Part shown: in pieces, positions 22,537 through 31,357 of the stretch | Layout: every line of letters begins with the position of its first letter | Numbering within the stretch: the stretch's first letter is position 1 | Assembly: GCA_043228905.1 (NCBI GenBank) | Contig: JBHGNT010000004.1 | Location: forward strand, 6,820,001-6,884,000 | Direction: 5' to 3' | Origin: Azolla caroliniana | Lineage: Eukaryota; Plantae; Polypodiophyta | Length of the DNA: 64,000 nt | Translations under genes and position numbers: made by a program | Notes under the pieces: model-generated | The model's input: the letters and a program-made list of their open reading frames with translations, nothing else | Database searches by the model: none | Told to the model about the DNA's origin: nothing

Positions 22537-23404
22537 TGTCGAGGTATTACGCAAGTGCGTGTGGAAACGAGGCGGGACCGCGGGGGCCTCGAACCAAAGA
22601 GCAAGCGAGGGAGGAGAAAGAGGGAGAACCGGCTACGCTGGACCGGGGATACACAGGGACACGGCCCTTTAGCACGGAGAACGCGAACAGACACCGGCAC
22701 AGACAGATGCGAATGACTAAATATGTATATTAAGAAAAATGGCTAGCACGACTACAACCCCCGATGGGGCACAGGTTGGTCGCAACCGAACAGGCCGGCG
22801 AACAGATGCCGATGCCTGTTCGCTTCAACGCACAAAGGGGGGGGTAGTAGGTCGGAGGTGCTGCCGGAAGCACTCGGGCGTTCCTCGAAACAGCGCGAGC
22901 CTCCTCGGAACTCTGCACAGAAAGCTATGGAGCTCAAGAAGGAAGGAAACAGAGAGTGAAGCGTCCAGAAACGGTCCGACAGCACTTCCTCCTCTCTGCG
23001 CGATCCCCCTTTTTACAGCTCTTTCCTGTTCCTTATATATATCGACGAGCAGGCCGTCATGTCAGCTTTATCCCCTGTCCCTTTCGAACAGGGATCCGCT
23101 CCGTTCTTCACTCATACGCGTAGTTACGCCGCCGACTCGTGCCGTCCCTTAGCTCGCGCGCGCGACCGAAAAGACTGTTCGCGCGGTCTTTGTCTCCACT
23201 CGTGTTAGGGCCCGTTCCTGCCGAATATCCTCCTAACTCGCTTCTATGTTCGACTTGGAGCGTGCGCGCGTGAGGAACCGGTTCCCACGCCTTGGTCTGC
23301 CGATTCCGCTTATGGACGGTTTTCTTCACGACATCCGCCCCCACCTAACCGCGCATCCTCCGGTATGCGCCAAGAAAGTTGGGACGGAGAAAACTGGCCC
23401 GTCT

Positions 23405-26400
23405 TCATTCCTCGCCCGTCGGTTCTTCCTCGTTTTCGGATCGTTCGTCACTGCTGACCAGGAGAGCCGGGTCTGGCTCGTCGTCGTGTCGCTTCTTGAA
23501 CGCCTTGATCCGCTTCCCTGCAACCGGTATCGCCATTCTCGTGCCGTCGAGTTCCGCCAGGTGATATGTCCCGTTGTCATTGGCGCTCCGTACCACGTAA
23601 GGCCCGAACCACCTTCGTGCGAACTTCCGTGTAGCTCGGTGCTGGTTGTCGAGGCTGCTGTCGTAGACGAGCACCCAGTCACCTTCTTCGATTTTCTTCG
23701 GTCGGAGCCGGTGCGTTCGGTCGAACCTGGCTTTGTTCTTTTTCGTCGCCACCCGGAGCTTCTCCGCAGCCAGTCCCACGTCCTCCGGTCTCCGCTCGAG
23801 CTGTCGTATGCGCGCGGCCAACAACTCCTCCCGGCTCATCTCGTCCCTCCAGTCGACCGTTGCCCACGAGGAGATAGCCCGTTCTATCGGCATGATCGGC
23901 TTCTGGCCGAACATGAGCTCCGTCGGCATGTACCCGGTTACCGAACTGTGCGTGGTCCGGTCTGCCCACAAAGCATAAGGTAGCAGCCGCGGCCAGTCAC
24001 CGACTCGGCCTCCGCATGCCCGAACCAACGCCTTGACGATCGGTCCGTGTCCGCGCTCCACCTTTCCATTCGCCTCCGGATTGTACGCAGTGGTGAGCGA
24101 GAGCTTGACTCCCAGCCGGCCGAACAGCTCCGCGGCTTCTTCGGCGTCCAACTCCCCTCGGTCAGCCACGATCTTCCCGACGCACCCGTACCGGCATATC
24201 ACGTCCTCGATTAGGAACCGGCATACGGCCGCGGTCGTTTTGTTCGGAAGGGCCCGGCCTTCCACCTGGTTCGTCAGATCCTCCCGCGCTAGGACCAGGT
24301 ACCGCATGTGTCCTACCCCCATTGGCATCGTCACCAGATCTACCATCCATTTGAAGTGGATGGTCGGAGGGTACGTGGGGTGAAGCTCGTCCCAATGTCG
24401 GACTATGGAGTGCATCTGACAGCTCTCGCAAGTTGCCACGAACCGATGCACGTCCCGGTACTGCCCCGGCCACCAATACTTCCCCTTCAGTTTCTCAAAC
24501 GTAGCCCATGTTCCACGGTGTCCAGCCCAAGGGCTGTCGTGGTAGGCCGTCAGCAGCTCCTCCTGTTCTTCCTTCATCGCCACCACCCGGAGCGGAGCGC
24601 CGTCCTTCTTCTTCGGGTGCTTCCATAGATAGCCATCCCGGAGAAAGAACCGGTACGCTTTCTTCCGGATCCGGTTGGCCTCGTCCTTCGTCCATGACGC
24701 ATCGGGCGTCATTGTCTTCAAAAACCCACCGATCTGCAGCCACTCCCCGTCGTACTTGCTCGCGTCGAAGTCGTTAAGCGCCGGAGTGCTTGTTCCGTCG
24801 GTTGTTACATACGCAGTCTCGAAGAAGTCCACGCCGACGTCTTCGTCCTCCGAAACCATGCCGCCCTCGTCATCGAATCTCGCCCTTGAAAGCATGTCGG
24901 CCATGGCGTTGTCTTTCCCGGAAATGTGTCGTATTTCCGGGTCCAGGGACTTGATGTACGCTATCCACCTGAGCATTGCCAGGTCCGGCGTCGCGCATCC
25001 GGAAATCATGCCGAGAATCGGCATGCAATCCGTCTCTATGATTACCTCTGTCCCGATCAGATAGTCCTTGTCGGCCTTCACCGCCGAAACGATACCCCAG
25101 AGTTCGCGTTTAACCTGGGCGTATCCTCGTTGCCGTTCGCTGAGGACCTTCGCGCCGAATCGGATCGGAAACCGATTGCCGTCCTCGTCTTCTTGGTTGA
25201 CGACCCACCCGATTCCGGTCGGACTCGTGTCAACCGTTATGTACACTGGGGTGCCCTTCCTGTAGACGGCCTTTCGGAGCGCCGGTGCTGCCGAAAGAGC
25301 CTCCTTCAGCTTCCGGACCGACTCCGTGTGCTTGTCTAGCCATTCGAATCTTCGCCCTTTCTTCAATAATCCGTACAGCGGCTCCGCGACGTGCGCGTAA
25401 TGCGGGATCCATATGTGGTAGAAGGCGCATGCCCCCAAGAATCTTCGTACTTCCGTGACCGAGCTGCAATCAGGCTTCATCGCGGAGATGGCTTCTATCT
25501 TTGCCGGAGACGGTCTCCGGCCATATGGTCCACATAAATGTCCGACCACCATGATTTCCGACTGCCCGAAGGCTGACTTCTCCCCCGAGAAGGTGAGCCT
25601 CGCATCCTCTAGCCTTTGCAGCACCTTCTCGCAGTCGTCGATGTGCGTTACCACGAATCGCCGGCATCCGTCCGGCCCGATCGTCTCGTCCTTCTCTTCT
25701 ACCGGGCATCCCTTGATCGGGATGTCGTCTAGAAACGGCATGGTGATGTCCGGGATGCAGTCCCTCAGCACCTTGTTCATTGCATTCACCATGTGCGCCA
25801 CCGAGTTGGTCCCTCCTTGCGGCAGCGTACACATCCGCACTAGGCCGAGGGGAGTTCGCATCGTCGTAATGTCTCTGCTCTCCACGGCTAGCTGGAACTG
25901 GTCGTACCCTGAATATAGATCACCGACCGAGTAAATCGACCTTCCGGCGAAGGCCTCCGCGAACTCATCTATGGTCGGTCCGATCCCTGCGTTCCGAATG
26001 GTCACCCTATTGACCGGTTGTAGGTCCTGAATGAAGCGCAATGATCCGTTTTTCTTTGGTATGGTAAACCACCGGTTCGAGTACGGGGCGCTCGACGGCT
26101 CGAGAATGCCCATATCAACTTTCTGCTTCAACAGCTCCATCAACTTCGGGATGTGAGCTCTCGGAACCGGAATTGGCTTGAGATTCCACGGTACATGCGG
26201 TACCGTGAATATCACCATCGGCTCTACGATCGTCGGGTCTACGCACCCGATTTCCTCCGGTGAGAATGTGAAGGCTTTCCCGCGCCTTCCGAGCATCCTC
26301 CGAAACCGGTCTTCCTCCACCGGCAGTAGGAACCCGCCCCCACCGATCTTCAGCTCGCGGAGCGTCTCGTTGGTGAAGGTGTGTCCTATGCAGGCCGGAT

Positions 26401-26887
26401 CCCGTAAGCTGGGGTCCGATGCAACCCCTTTGATTCGGGATTCGCTGCCCTCCGGTAGGGGCGCCGCAACTGGCCTCACCTTCCGGTCCACAGTCTTGTA
26501 CTTGGTGCTAACTCGGGCCGTCCGTTCCGACTCGAGCCCTCGACCGAAGTCCGCGATGACTTCGTACATTTCTTCTGAACATACCGGTATCGCCCGGTCC
26601 TCGATAAGGTCTTCTTCGACTACCCTCCCCAGCATCCCCAAGGTGTCGTCGAAGGAGACCGCCTCCACGGCTCCGTTGATTTCTTCGTCAGGGCCGAGAA
26701 CTCCGCACGCCCGAAGTCTCCCCTCCGTCTTTGTTTTCTCTCGGCCGGCGATGCCGACCAACGTACATGCTCCGCTGTCGGAGAAGCAAAATTTCCTACC
26801 TATTGTACACGGTTTTATCGTACAGATGTGGGGTTTTCCCGGAGCATCCGGACTGTCGCGGCCCCACGCCTTGGCAGTCCTCTCTAA
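23405..26887 (-). CDS. G2 pol (RT, RNase H, integrase; no chromodomain), entered by a -1 frameshift
   Basis: 'LPQGGTNS..PFLDD', 'VDTSPTGIG', HHCC 'HDSPWAGH..CESC', DDE, 'WFGPY'. The frame stays open upstream of 26761 to the slippery site. Confidence 0.92.
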   Translation of the reverse strand, partial: LERTAKAWGRDSPDAPGKPHICTIKPCTIGRKFCFSDSGACTLVGIAGREKTKTEGRLRACGVLGPDEEINGAVEAVSFDDTLGMLGRVVEEDLIEDRAIPVCSEEMYEVIADFGRGLESERTARVSTKYKTVDRKVRPVAAPLPEGSESRIKGVASDPSLRDPACIGHTFTNETLRELKIGGGGFLLPVEEDRFRRMLGRRGKAFTFSPEEIGCVDPTIVEPMVIFTVPHVPWNLKPIPVPRAHIPKLMELLKQKVDMGILEPSSAPYSNRWFTIPKKNGSLRFIQDLQPVNRVTIRNAGIGPTIDEFAEAFAGRSIYSVGDLYSGYDQFQLAVESRDITTMRTPLGLVRMCTLPQGGTNSVAHMVNAMNKVLRDCIPDITMPFLDDIPIKGCPVEEKDETIGPDGCRRFVVTHIDDCEKVLQRLEDARLTFSGEKSAFGQSEIMVVGHLCGPYGRRPSPAKIEAISAMKPDCSSVTEVRRFLGACAFYHIWIPHYAHVAEPLYGLLKKGRRFEWLDKHTESVRKLKEALSAAPALRKAVYRKGTPVYITVDTSPTGIGWVVNQEDEDGNRFPIRFGAKVLSERQRGYAQVKRELWGIVSAVKADKDYLIGTEVIIETDCMPILGMISGCATPDLAMLRWIAYIKSLDPEIRHISGKDNAMADMLSRARFDDEGGMVSEDEDVGVDFFETAYVTTDGTSTPALNDFDASKYDGEWLQIGGFLKTMTPDASWTKDEANRIRKKAYRFFLRDGYLWKHPKKKDGAPLRVVAMKEEQEELLTAYHDSPWAGHRGTWATFEKLKGKYWWPGQYRDVHRFVATCESCQMHSIVRHWDELHPTYPPTIHFKWMVDLVTMPMGVGHMRYLVLAREDLTNQVEGRALPNKTTAAVCRFLIEDVICRYGCVGKIVADRGELDAEEAAELFGRLGVKLSLTTAYNPEANGKVERGHGPIVKALVRACGGRVGDWPRLLPYALWADRTTHSSVTGYMPTELMFGQKPIMPIERAISSWATVDWRDEMSREELLAARIRQLERRPEDVGLAAEKLRVATKKNKARFDRTHRLRPKKIEEGDWVLVYDSSLDNQHRATRKFARRWFGPYVVRSANDNGTYHLAELDGTRMAIPVAGKRIKAFKKRHDDEPDPALLVSSDERSENEEEPTGEE

Positions 26888-26893
26888 AAATCC
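26828..26893 (-). promoter_or_regulatory. Predicted -1 ribosomal frameshift signal (G GAU UUU, 6-nt spacer, H-type pseudoknot)
   Basis: Heptamer 26893-26887 directly before the gag UAG. Stem 1 GGACUG/CAGUCC (26880-75/26855-50); stem 2 GUGGGG/CCCCAC (26867-62/26833-28). Confidence 0.8.
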
Positions 26894-29037
26894 TCTCGGT
26901 TTTCGGAACCGAGGGAGTCGCGGTTACGTTCGTGGTTCGGCCGTACCGTCAGAAACTGGACCGAATGGCGCCCGTCTTGGCTTTTGACCCTCGCGTAGGC
27001 CGAACCGTTGTCCAGCACCTTGGTCTCCATCCGCGCCGCCGTGATGTACGGCTCTCCCAGTATGACCGGATGCGAAGATGTCTCCTGCACGAAGAAGTGC
27101 TGGTCAATCTCGACGTCGCCGATCTTGACTCGCACATTCGGACAGGCCCCGTGCAGCTCCTCGGTGGCGCGCGTTGCCGCCCTTATTTTCCACCCGTGCT
27201 TGGTGTTGATCGGCCATTTGCCCTTCTTATAGAAGTCCATGGACATCAAGTTGATCTCCGATCCGTGGTCCACCAAAGCTATCACCGGTTCCTGGACATC
27301 GCCGATCTTCACCGGGGTTTCCGTGGTCGCTCGGGCCCAGTGTGGTCTCGAATAGTGGCTTTCCGCCCACTCGTCTCCCAGCGCCATGTCGTCTAGGTGC
27401 GTCGTCCGCACTTCCACTGGTCTTTCCGGTTCTGTCTCCGTTGACAGCCTCTTCCGTTTCACCAAGTCCACGATGGAGTCGTGGAACTCCTTCTTGGCGA
27501 TTCCCAGCACCTCTCGTAACGACAGCTCCACCTTGCTGTCGAGGATCCGTTCCTCCAGGACCTTTCGTAAGTCCGTGGTCCTTTCTATCTCCGTCCCCAG
27601 ACGGTACCCGCCCTTCTGGGGTTTATCTTTCGTACCGGCCCCGCCGGCTTCGTCCCGTCGTGGCCCGGACCGGGTCTCGTATCGTTGTGAGGGCCCGGTC
27701 GTCCCGGGTTTCCCCACCCGCTTCTCTTCTACCAGAGCCTCGTAGTTCTGGCAAGCGGCTTCCACGAAGCCCGTCCTTTCCTCGACCGGGTCGCTCCACC
27801 CGGTTATCTCCCGTACTCGTTTCTCCGCGCGGTCCGATTCCTCCCCTTTAAGCCTTGCACCGGCAAGGCCTCCCAGCATCGTCGGCCAGAATCCGGCTTT
27901 GCTTTCCTTTTGGGCCTCGCCGCCCCCGACTCGAATGCCGGCCGACGCCGAGTAGTGGACGGTTTCCGCGTGTCGGGCCGCTGCCTCTTCCATCAACCTT
28001 TTCATACCACCTCGCCCGTCGTTTCGGCTCAGGGCCCTTCGGGTGTCGCTGGCATGCACCCGCCCTTCCCACAGGTACACCACCCTGTCCCTTAGCGCCT
28101 CCGCGAAGTCGCCGCAGTCCTTCCGAATGTGGCCGACTTCATCGCACCACATGCACCTGTTTCCTGCCGCCGGCCGTCGGTCACGAGCCGGTTCGCCACC
28201 TTCCCTTCGGGCTTGCGCGATTTGGAGGTCCTTTACCGCCCTCGTCAATTCCTCCAGCGCCGCTCCTCCGGTTGAGCCTCTGACTACGCCGGTCGAAGCC
28301 GAACCGGTTTCCAACCACTCTCGGGTCTCTTCCTTCCGCACCTGTGGCGCTGGTTCGAACTTCCTTGCTGCGACCGAGCCCGACCCGGTTACCCCGTTAT
28401 CCGCCCATTCTCGCCGTTTGTCGAAACGGCCACAGACCTTCTTGACAGCCGCCCAGTCGGTAGTGAGCCCGTCTTCGGTTTCCAGCAAGAGGCCCACTTG
28501 CTCCCGATCCCGCTCGTCGACCGACTTGACAAACAGCAAGACCCGGCTCGTGTCCAGGATGGTTCGGTCGAGCGCCGAAAGGCGCGCAAAGTTTTCCTCG
28601 AACTCCCGGAGGAGTGCCGACGCGTTTCTTCCCTTCCCCGGGGACTCCACCCATTCCATGAACCTTCGCTTCGAAAGCCGGAGCGCGTCGTCCAGCCCGT
28701 ATTTCTCTAGGAGCCGGCCTTCGAACTCCTCCCAGGTACGGCTCTCCGCCCGCACCTCGAGCACCTCCGCATGGATGCTCGGCATTGCCACTCGGGGAAA
28801 TCCGGCAAGACGCCTTTCTTCCGGAATGTCCCGCATCAACATTTCTGCACCGTAGGACGCCAGATACTTCGTGGCATCCCTCCCATCGTACCGGCCGATC
28901 GTGCCGACGACCGCCTCAATAGCTCTGTCGAGGGCACCGGTGCCCTCGCGCGCGTTTACAATCCGATCCACGGCCGAAGCCATGGCTTCTGCAAGATCCG
29001 ACCCCCTCATCTTCTGCTCTTCTGCCGCCTCTTTCAC
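26884..29037 (-). CDS. G2 gag-protease
   Basis: 717-aa ORF with zinc knuckle CMWCDEVGHIRKDC and aspartyl protease 'ALVDHGSEINLM'. First ATG probably at ~29010. Confidence 0.9.
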   Translation of the reverse strand: MKEAAEEQKMRGSDLAEAMASAVDRIVNAREGTGALDRAIEAVVGTIGRYDGRDATKYLASYGAEMLMRDIPEERRLAGFPRVAMPSIHAEVLEVRAESRTWEEFEGRLLEKYGLDDALRLSKRRFMEWVESPGKGRNASALLREFEENFARLSALDRTILDTSRVLLFVKSVDERDREQVGLLLETEDGLTTDWAAVKKVCGRFDKRREWADNGVTGSGSVAARKFEPAPQVRKEETREWLETGSASTGVVRGSTGGAALEELTRAVKDLQIAQARREGGEPARDRRPAAGNRCMWCDEVGHIRKDCGDFAEALRDRVVYLWEGRVHASDTRRALSRNDGRGGMKRLMEEAAARHAETVHYSASAGIRVGGGEAQKESKAGFWPTMLGGLAGARLKGEESDRAEKRVREITGWSDPVEERTGFVEAACQNYEALVEEKRVGKPGTTGPSQRYETRSGPRRDEAGGAGTKDKPQKGGYRLGTEIERTTDLRKVLEERILDSKVELSLREVLGIAKKEFHDSIVDLVKRKRLSTETEPERPVEVRTTHLDDMALGDEWAESHYSRPHWARATTETPVKIGDVQEPVIALVDHGSEINLMSMDFYKKGKWPINTKHGWKIRAATRATEELHGACPNVRVKIGDVEIDQHFFVQETSSHPVILGEPYITAARMETKVLDNGSAYARVKSQDGRHSVQFLTVRPNHERNRDSLGSENREDF

Positions 29038-29050
29038 GTCGGGTTCACCA
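29033..29050 (-). promoter_or_regulatory. G2 primer-binding site, tRNA-Trp
   Basis: The plus strand reads ttcacgtcgggttcacca, matching the remembered 3' end of plant tRNA-Trp(CCA) over 18 nt; 4 nt from the 5' LTR. Confidence 0.85.
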
Positions 29051-29851
29051 AAGATGTCGAGGTATTACACAAGTGCGTGTGGAAACGAGGCGGGACCGCG
29101 GGGGCCTCGAACCAAAGAGCAAGCGAGGGAGGAGAAAGAGGGAGAACCGGCTACGCTGGACCGGGGATACACAGGGACACGGCCCTTCAGCACGGAGAAC
29201 GCGAACAGACACCGGCACAGACAGATGCGAATGACTAAATATGTATATTAAGAAAAATGGCTAGCACGACTACAACCCCCGATGGGGCACAGGTTGGTCG
29301 CAACCGAACAGGCCGGCGAACAGATGCCGATGCCTGTTCGCTTCAACGCACAAAGGGGGGGGTAGCAGGTCGGAGGTGCTGCCGGAAGCACTCGGGCGTT
29401 CCTCGAAACAGCGCGAGCCTCCTCGGAACTCTGCACAGAAAGCTATGGAGCTCAAGAAGGAAGGAAACAGAGAGTGAAGCGTCCAGAAACGGTCCGACAG
29501 CACTTCCTCCTCTCTGCGCGATCCCCCTTTTTACAGCTCTTTCCTGTTCCTTATATATATCGACGAGCAGGCCGTCATGTCAGCTTTATCCCCTGTCCCT
29601 TTCGAACAGGGATCCGCTCCGTTCTTCACTCATACGCGTAGTTACGCCGCCGACTCGTGCCGTCCCTTAGCTCGCGCGCGCGACCGAAAAGACTGTTCGC
29701 GCGGTCTTTGTCTCCACTCGTGTTAGGGCCCGTTCCTGCCGAATATCCTCCTAACTCGCTTCTATGTTCGACTTGGATCGTGCGCGCGTGAGGAACCGGT
29801 TCCCACGCCTTGGTCTGCCGATTCCGCTTATGGACGGTTTTCTTCACGACA

Positions 29852-30219
29852 ACGTGTTCCACCATACTCTCGCCGTCCCGATACTTGAGGTTCACTATCT
29901 TTCTCATCAGGGAGGTCCGGTTCAACGCATTCTTCCTCTCCTAGAGGCCCGACAGCTTCCGCCACATCTCATATGCGTTGGTGTCGTTCGCCACGTGTTG
30001 TAGAACGCTCACGTCGACGTATTGCCGAATGGTTGCAACGGCTTTCCGGTTCAGAAGCCTCCACTCCGTCTCAAGTACCCCCTTGGGTATTTCCGACCTG
30101 TCGATCGGTTCATACAGGTCCCGAACAATGAGCAGATCCTCCATCTTTATCTTCCAGTCGGCGTAGTTCTGCGCATTCAGCACCATCATCCCCGGCTGCC
30201 CGCTGCTGCCGCCTTCCAT
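29852..30219 (-). pseudogene. Copia C gag N-terminus with premature TAG at 29941
   Basis: 'NYADWKIKMEDLL..LSGL*ERKNALNRTSLMRKIVNLKY'. Confidence 0.88.
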
Positions 30220-30892
30220 TTTCTGTGTTACCGTCGCTCTGATACCACTTTGTCGTAATTCCGTGCTCGGCCACCACCGAGGAACAGGATCGATTCACAG
30301 AAAATGGGAAGTACAAGAATGCACGAAAAACAATAGAGAGAAGGGTACACTGGATGTTTTACGTGGAAAACCCTAAATGGGAAAAACCACGGGAGTGCAA
30401 GACTCCAACTATCACTATGCGCGGGAATGTACAATGGCGAGCTGCAAGGCGACGACCTTGAGCTCGCTGTCCTCGCCACAGGGGCGGTATTACACAGAGG
30501 CGTCGACCTCTTCCTTCCTCTTCGTTCTCTCACTCTCTCTCGGCTGCTCTCACTTGCTCCCTCTTAGTGGAAAACAGAAAAATGAGCAACAACAACAAAA
30601 CTGTTTGCCCTAAGTCATATTTATACACATATGACTTTCGGGCTATTTACAAATATAGCCTCAAGGGCCCTTGGCAAACATATTCACAGATATGTCCCCG
30701 CATCCGGATCTCTCTCCGGGTACATACGTCATCCGGCTCCGTAACCGGGGTCTTCAGCATCCGGCTCCGTAACCGGGTACTCTTCATCCGGCTTCATGCC
30801 GGGTACTCTTCATCATACGGTTCCGTAACAGCCTCCGGGCTTGCCGTCATTCATCTCCGGACATCCCATCCGGAGGGACCGAAATCCCAACA

Positions 30893-31357
30893 CATCACCT
30901 CTCGTTCTCGTTCTTCAAGCGCGACCGACCTTTCAGCCAGTAGTCGCTTGAGGTCCGCTTCGCGGCTCGCGGCTTGTTCCCGTAGCTGGCCAAGAATGTT
31001 GTTGTGGTTCTGTTTTGCCAACTCGGCCAGAGCGATCTGGGCCTTAAGCTCCTCCTGGTAATCCCAAAGGGGAGGCCTTGTCTGGGTTGCCGCTTGCTGG
31101 ATTCGGGGAGAGGGTTCCCTATCTGTTTGTGTAGATCGTTCCATGACGACCGGGGGTGGTGGTGTTTGCATGGAGGCTTGGCTGGTTTGGGGGTGCGGGC
31201 TGATATATGCCCGTGACGATGGCTCACTTGTTTGTACCGAGTCCGTCATTGTGTTGGCATCGATTGTGGCTACCCTAGGGTGGGCGGTGTCGTCTTTGTG
31301 GGCGTCGGTACCTTCAGCACTCGGGCTCGGGATCGGAAGAGTGGTTGGTGAGATAGC
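30893..31357 (-). pseudogene. G1 extra ORF, middle part between insertions C and D
   Basis: Pro/Thr-rich linker then coiled-coil 'YQEELKAQIALAELAKQ..LEEREREVM'. Confidence 0.75.

Larger units (their letters stand above)
22537..29851 (-). mobile_element. Gypsy G2, young and intact, Ylt1/fungal-like
   Basis: 797-bp LTRs (22537-23333, 29055-29851; 4 differences seen). TGTCG...CGACA ends. 4-bp TSD ACGT, whose removal restores C's gag frame 'VEHVSTFMG'. Confidence 0.96.
18174..30892 (-). mobile_element. Copia C (Tork/Tnt1-like), full length, with G2 inserted in gag
   Basis: LTRs 18174-18816 and 30251-30892 (about 3 substitutions plus 1 indel). TSD CATCA. iMet PBS at 30236-30247. PPT next to 18816. 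Confidence 0.96.

Noticed and set aside
23246-28855. Long antisense ORFs over G2 and over the Copia pol genes
   Set aside because: They are expected shadows of GC-rich coding sequence with few antisense stops and show no recognisable domains.
29033-29050. tRNA-Trp gene
   Set aside because: Only the 3' 18 nt are present, next to an LTR, so this is a PBS.
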